From: the human T2T-CHM13v2.0 reference genome, Homo sapiens | DNA length: 64,000 nt | Direction: 5' to 3' (one strand) | NCBI RefSeq assembly: GCF_009914755.1 | Contig: NC_060926.1 | In this document: positions 60,129-64,000 of the stretch, piece by piece | Layout of the letters: every line of letters begins with the position of its first letter | Numbering within the stretch: position 1 is the first letter of the stretch | Program-made: the position numbers and the translations under genes | The notes under the pieces: model-generated | Seen by the model: only the letters and a program-made list of their open reading frames with translations | What the model was told of the DNA's origin: nothing | Databases searched by the model: none

Positions 60129-60630
60129 ACAGCAGTGACCCAGCATGGCTCCGTGTCCACAGCAGTGACCCAGCATGGCTCCATGTCCACAGCAGTGACC
60201 CAGCATGGCTCCGTGTCCACAGCAGTGACCCAGCATGGCTCCGTGTCCACAGCAGTGACCCAGCATGGCTCCGTGTCCACAGCAGTGACCCAGCATGGCT
60301 CCGTGTCCACAGCAGTGACCCAGCATGGCTCCGTGTCCACAGCAGTGACCCAGCAAGGCTCCGTGTCCACAGCAGTGACCCAGCATGGCTCCGTGTCCAC
60401 AGCAGTGACCCAGCATGGCTCCGTGTCCACAGCAGTGACCCAGCATGGCTCCGTGTCCACAGCAGTGACCCAGCATGGCTCCGTGTCCACAGCAGTGACC
60501 CAGCATGGCTCCGTGTCCACAGCAGTGACCCAGCAAGGCTCCGTGGCCACAGCAGTGACTCAGCATGGCTCCATGTCTATAGCAGTGACTCAGCATGGCT
60601 CCATGTCCACAGCAGTGACCCAGCATGGCT
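60129..60630 (+). repeat. 30-bp minisatellite (VNTR-like), ~16.7 copies
   Basis: Unit agcagtgacccagcatggctccgtgtccac, starting every 30 nt from 60131 to 60611. Confidence 0.98.
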
Positions 60631-63059
60631 GCTCCACTCAGAACAGTCATCTTGGCCAACTGCACAAAGGCCTCCTGAAACCTTCTCCTGACCTCATACA
60701 GTGCGCAGTCGCTGAAGACCATTTTCTCATGTTTGCAAGAATGAGGGGCATGAGACTGGCTGGGACACCCACTGTCAGGCTCGGTCCAACTCAGCCAGGC
60801 TCCAGAGTGCTCCAGGGCTCAGCTCTTCCTAGGAGCCGCAAAAGTTCGATTTAAAGTAATCTTCTTTGCCATTATCTTCTTTTTCTTCTGGAGAGCATGC
60901 AATTTTTAATCTTTATTGCTGACCAGGACAACTCAGCATGGCTTGTAAATTATTCTTCAACACTAAATGTCCTGATGACTGTTCTCCTGACTTCTAAAAG
61001 GGTCCTCATGAAATGCTGTGGGCACCCATTTTTCTACATAGTACTGTGGTTCTTAGTCCAGCACGGTAAAATCGCTGTTCATTTGTCAGAATCCATCAGC
61101 GGTGTTCAGTGGCAGATGAGGGGATTCTGATGCAGGGCCTTTGAGGTACCAGCTGGAAGAAACTCCTCTTTCTCTAGGCTTCATTCTCCTTTTGCTGTCG
61201 TCCCCCAGGTGACAAGGGGTGCTGTGTCACACACAGAGGACTGTGTAGTTAGGGAGTATGATCATGAAGTATTACATTTATTAGACAGCAGAATAAGCAG
61301 AGACTTGAAGGGGGCCTTTTATGTGAACTGACTATCACAAAATTGGGACGGGTGAGAAAGAGAGGGAGAGAAGGCAATGCCACCATCTGGGTAGCAGGCA
61401 AAGAATGGAACAAAGCACACCACACAGATTTGTCATCTCAACACCTGTCCCACAGCAGAGTAAGCCCTTTCTGTGGGTCTGCTGCTTAGCAAGATAGACA
61501 CCAGAAACCTGGTATCCCTAGCAGCAGGGGTGCAGGCATGTGACCTCGGCTCAGCAAGGTCAGCTCCAGAGAACAGGCTGTGGAGTCACTCAAGGCATCA
61601 TCCTGCCTGCGTCCCACCCACCATCCTCTCTGGCCTCCCTAGAGAACTCATCTTTCACCCAGTGCCTTCCACCACTTGCCTCTTCTGATTACACCAACCT
61701 AGGTGGTTTTCTGCAACAGTATAACTCAGATTTTAACTGGTGCAAATCAAAAGACCTTCTCTCCCATGGATGCCCGCACTCAGAAGTAGGATTGTAAAAG
61801 TGCATTTACAGAAAGTTGATGCCACCCATGCACCATAGTCACAAAGGGCTCTGGAGTGACTCACAGTACCAAGAAGGCCTCCCAGTGGAAACTTCCTGGG
61901 GCACTGCTGGACTTTGGGCTCTGGGGGCAAAAGCTGTGTGCATGCAGCAAGGAGGTCCCAGTGCCCAGTGTGGAGCCTGGCACAGAGGAGACACTCAACA
62001 AAGAGTTGCTAAGCTAAATGGCTGGGGCAGAGGGGAGATAAATGGGCATCCCAGCTGGGTGGGAGAAGGCAGGGAAGCAGGTAAGAAGCGAACTCTTTCC
62101 TAGTAGTATTACTCTCCAAAATTTCATTTCCACCAAAGGGCTTAGAGATGGTATAAACCTAGTCCAAATTATTCTCTTCTACTACATTAGACCATGCAGG
62201 TATAAGAAGGGTAGAAGGCAAGTCAAGGAATGAGGGGCTGAGTTTACTCTGATTCTTTCTCAATCATAAACAATGCCAATCCCACTGATAATAAGTCAAC
62301 CAGTAAAGCCCCGCAGTGTATTGTCAGCACAGCACGGGGAGACACGTGCTCTACTGTGCTTTCATGATCATCGAGTTCATTACCTGGGATGCAGTCACAG
62401 AGATAGGCCTTTGGGAAGACTGAGAGCCCTCTCTTTCTCTATTCTTGTTATTGTGTTGGGTAACAATTCTCCTAGATGATCTGGAATTTTAAAACAGGCT
62501 ACAATGAAGACAGAGTATATAAGGCTCCTTCCTTTACCCCATGCCTATAAATTTAAGATTTCTACCTCCAAAGCTAGGAAGGACAACGTTTGTCAAACAA
62601 GCTATTTTTGGACAGTTTGTATCTAATCGTATTTACTCTTTCCATGGCTCTGTGACATCCATGTCATCAACATCATCATCATTAACATACTTTTTAAGAG
62701 AAGTTAGAAAAGTTAAATAGCCTCTGGTTGCATATCTAGCAAGTAATTAAGGAAGGTGTATTTGAACCATGGCCTCTGGTCCCTTGTTCTGAGCACCACC
62801 ATGACTCCAGGCTGCTTCCAGAGGCATTTCCCGACCTGTCCGCCATTTTGTAACAGGCATCATGTCCTATCAGACTAAGCCTGGGATGTTTCTGCATTTT
62901 AATCAAAGCAATTCCAAATCCTAGCTGGGGAAGGAGCATCTCTAGACATAGATGAGGCATTCCTATGTTTAGTTCATTGTGTCAGGCTTTTTCTGATTGC
63001 CTGGAATACAGCTGTGAACATGATGGAACACGTTCACAGGTGAGGAAGTGAGAAGAGGG

Positions 63060-63345
63060 AGTGTGGGGTACATCTCCCCCTAGATCACCACTCTATCCCT
63101 TTACTCACAGCCATGACTCTCAATAGCCGGCCCCTTACCCATGGCCACAGCCCTCAACATACCCACTGCCACCGTTAACCCTTTAGGTCAACGGGTGGTG
63201 AAGGTCTCTTGCAGCTGCTAGGCCCTGGGTTTTCCCCCCTCCCTTGTTGCCCCCATTACCCACCCCACTCTGTAGAGAGCCCCTTATTAAACTCTCTTCA
63301 GCTGCACCCACTGAGGGGCCCCTGATTCCTGATGGGATCCACTCA
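63060..63345 (+). mobile_element. Old ERVL LTR fragment (LTR16/LTR40-like)
   Basis: 'ccccttattaaactctcttcagctgcaccc...ttcctgatgggatcc' resembles ERVL LTR 3' ends. Confidence 0.4.
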
Positions 63346-64000
63346 CAACCTGGTTCCCGGAAAACACCCAGGAATGGCCAGCTCTGACCGTAGGCTCATG
63401 GGCCAGAGCTTCACTCCACACTGTACTGGTCCCAGGACTCTAAAAGGACAGATCCTGTAGTTTAAAACCTTCCCTTTTAATTGATATCTTTAGTTGACTA
63501 GTATTGATATTTTAGAGTGTAAATTATCTTTACACTGAAACATTAATAGTTTCTTCCTCGGTTCAGCAAGGATAATAACAGAACCCACCTTTGGGGTTGT
63601 TGTAGAGACTAAACAAATTAATGCACACATACATACAAAGAAAGTGCTCAACAAATCAGCTATTCCTGCTCCTATCATTTATTTTTGAAATGATTATTTT
63701 ATTGTGAGTTCTATTTCTTATATGGCACAGCTAAAACTTCAAAGAAAAATACCTGATGAATAAAATATGCTGCTAGAACTCCAGGAACTAGTATGTCGCT
63801 GGAGTACAGAAACCTATTTAATTGTGTTTAATACAACCTTTCCCAAACATTTTATGGATGCTATTAACATTTCCTGGAATCATTAACATTTTCTTGGAGC
63901 TAATGTTCTTCAGAAATAATTTGCAAAGGGTTGGTTTGTTTGATTGATAACTTTTGCTCCTTTTTGTCTACTCTTGCTAGGAAGTGGCATCCTGGGTGGT

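Noticed and set aside
60080-60854. Four long repetitive ORFs (144-239 aa) and a superficial CRISPR-like periodicity
   Set aside because: A stop-free 30-bp unit opens several frames on both strands. Units are contiguous with no unique spacers, there are no cas genes, and the DNA is primate.
62087-62099. 'gaagcgaactcttt' near 62087 matching the promoter repeat at 1925, and 'caggagtactga' near 33768 matching 38820
   Set aside because: Isolated 12-14-nt matches without extension are compatible with chance

Overview
This is primate (human-like) euchromatic DNA, recognisable from Alu, L1PA/L1M, L2, MIR, MaLR/ERV LTRs and MER DNA transposons. I found no convincing protein-coding gene. The long ORFs are L1 remnants, Alu read-through, GC-rich chance frames or a 30-bp minisatellite. 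A CpG-island promoter-like region sits at about 1.7-2.4 kb, with a tandem ETS/CRE motif array and a candidate minus-strand exon beside it. The next ~15 kb is nested retroelements, including a clean twin-primed L1M and a 5'-intact L1PA with an in-frame ~2.8-kb ORF2 deletion. Three structures are not explained by ordinary repeat annotation: (1) a 30-bp VNTR at 60.1-60.6 kb in which every unit carries an antioxidant-response-element core; (2) a ~550-bp, ~94%-identical inverted duplication flanking a 1.25-kb spacer at 53.0-55.4 kb; (3) a mosaic of short local templated copies at 31.4, 36.8, 38.3-38.8 and 40.3 kb. I cannot support a new multi-gene system here. Repeat subfamily names come from remembered consensus sequences and need RepeatMasker/Dfam confirmation. 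Identities are hand counts.
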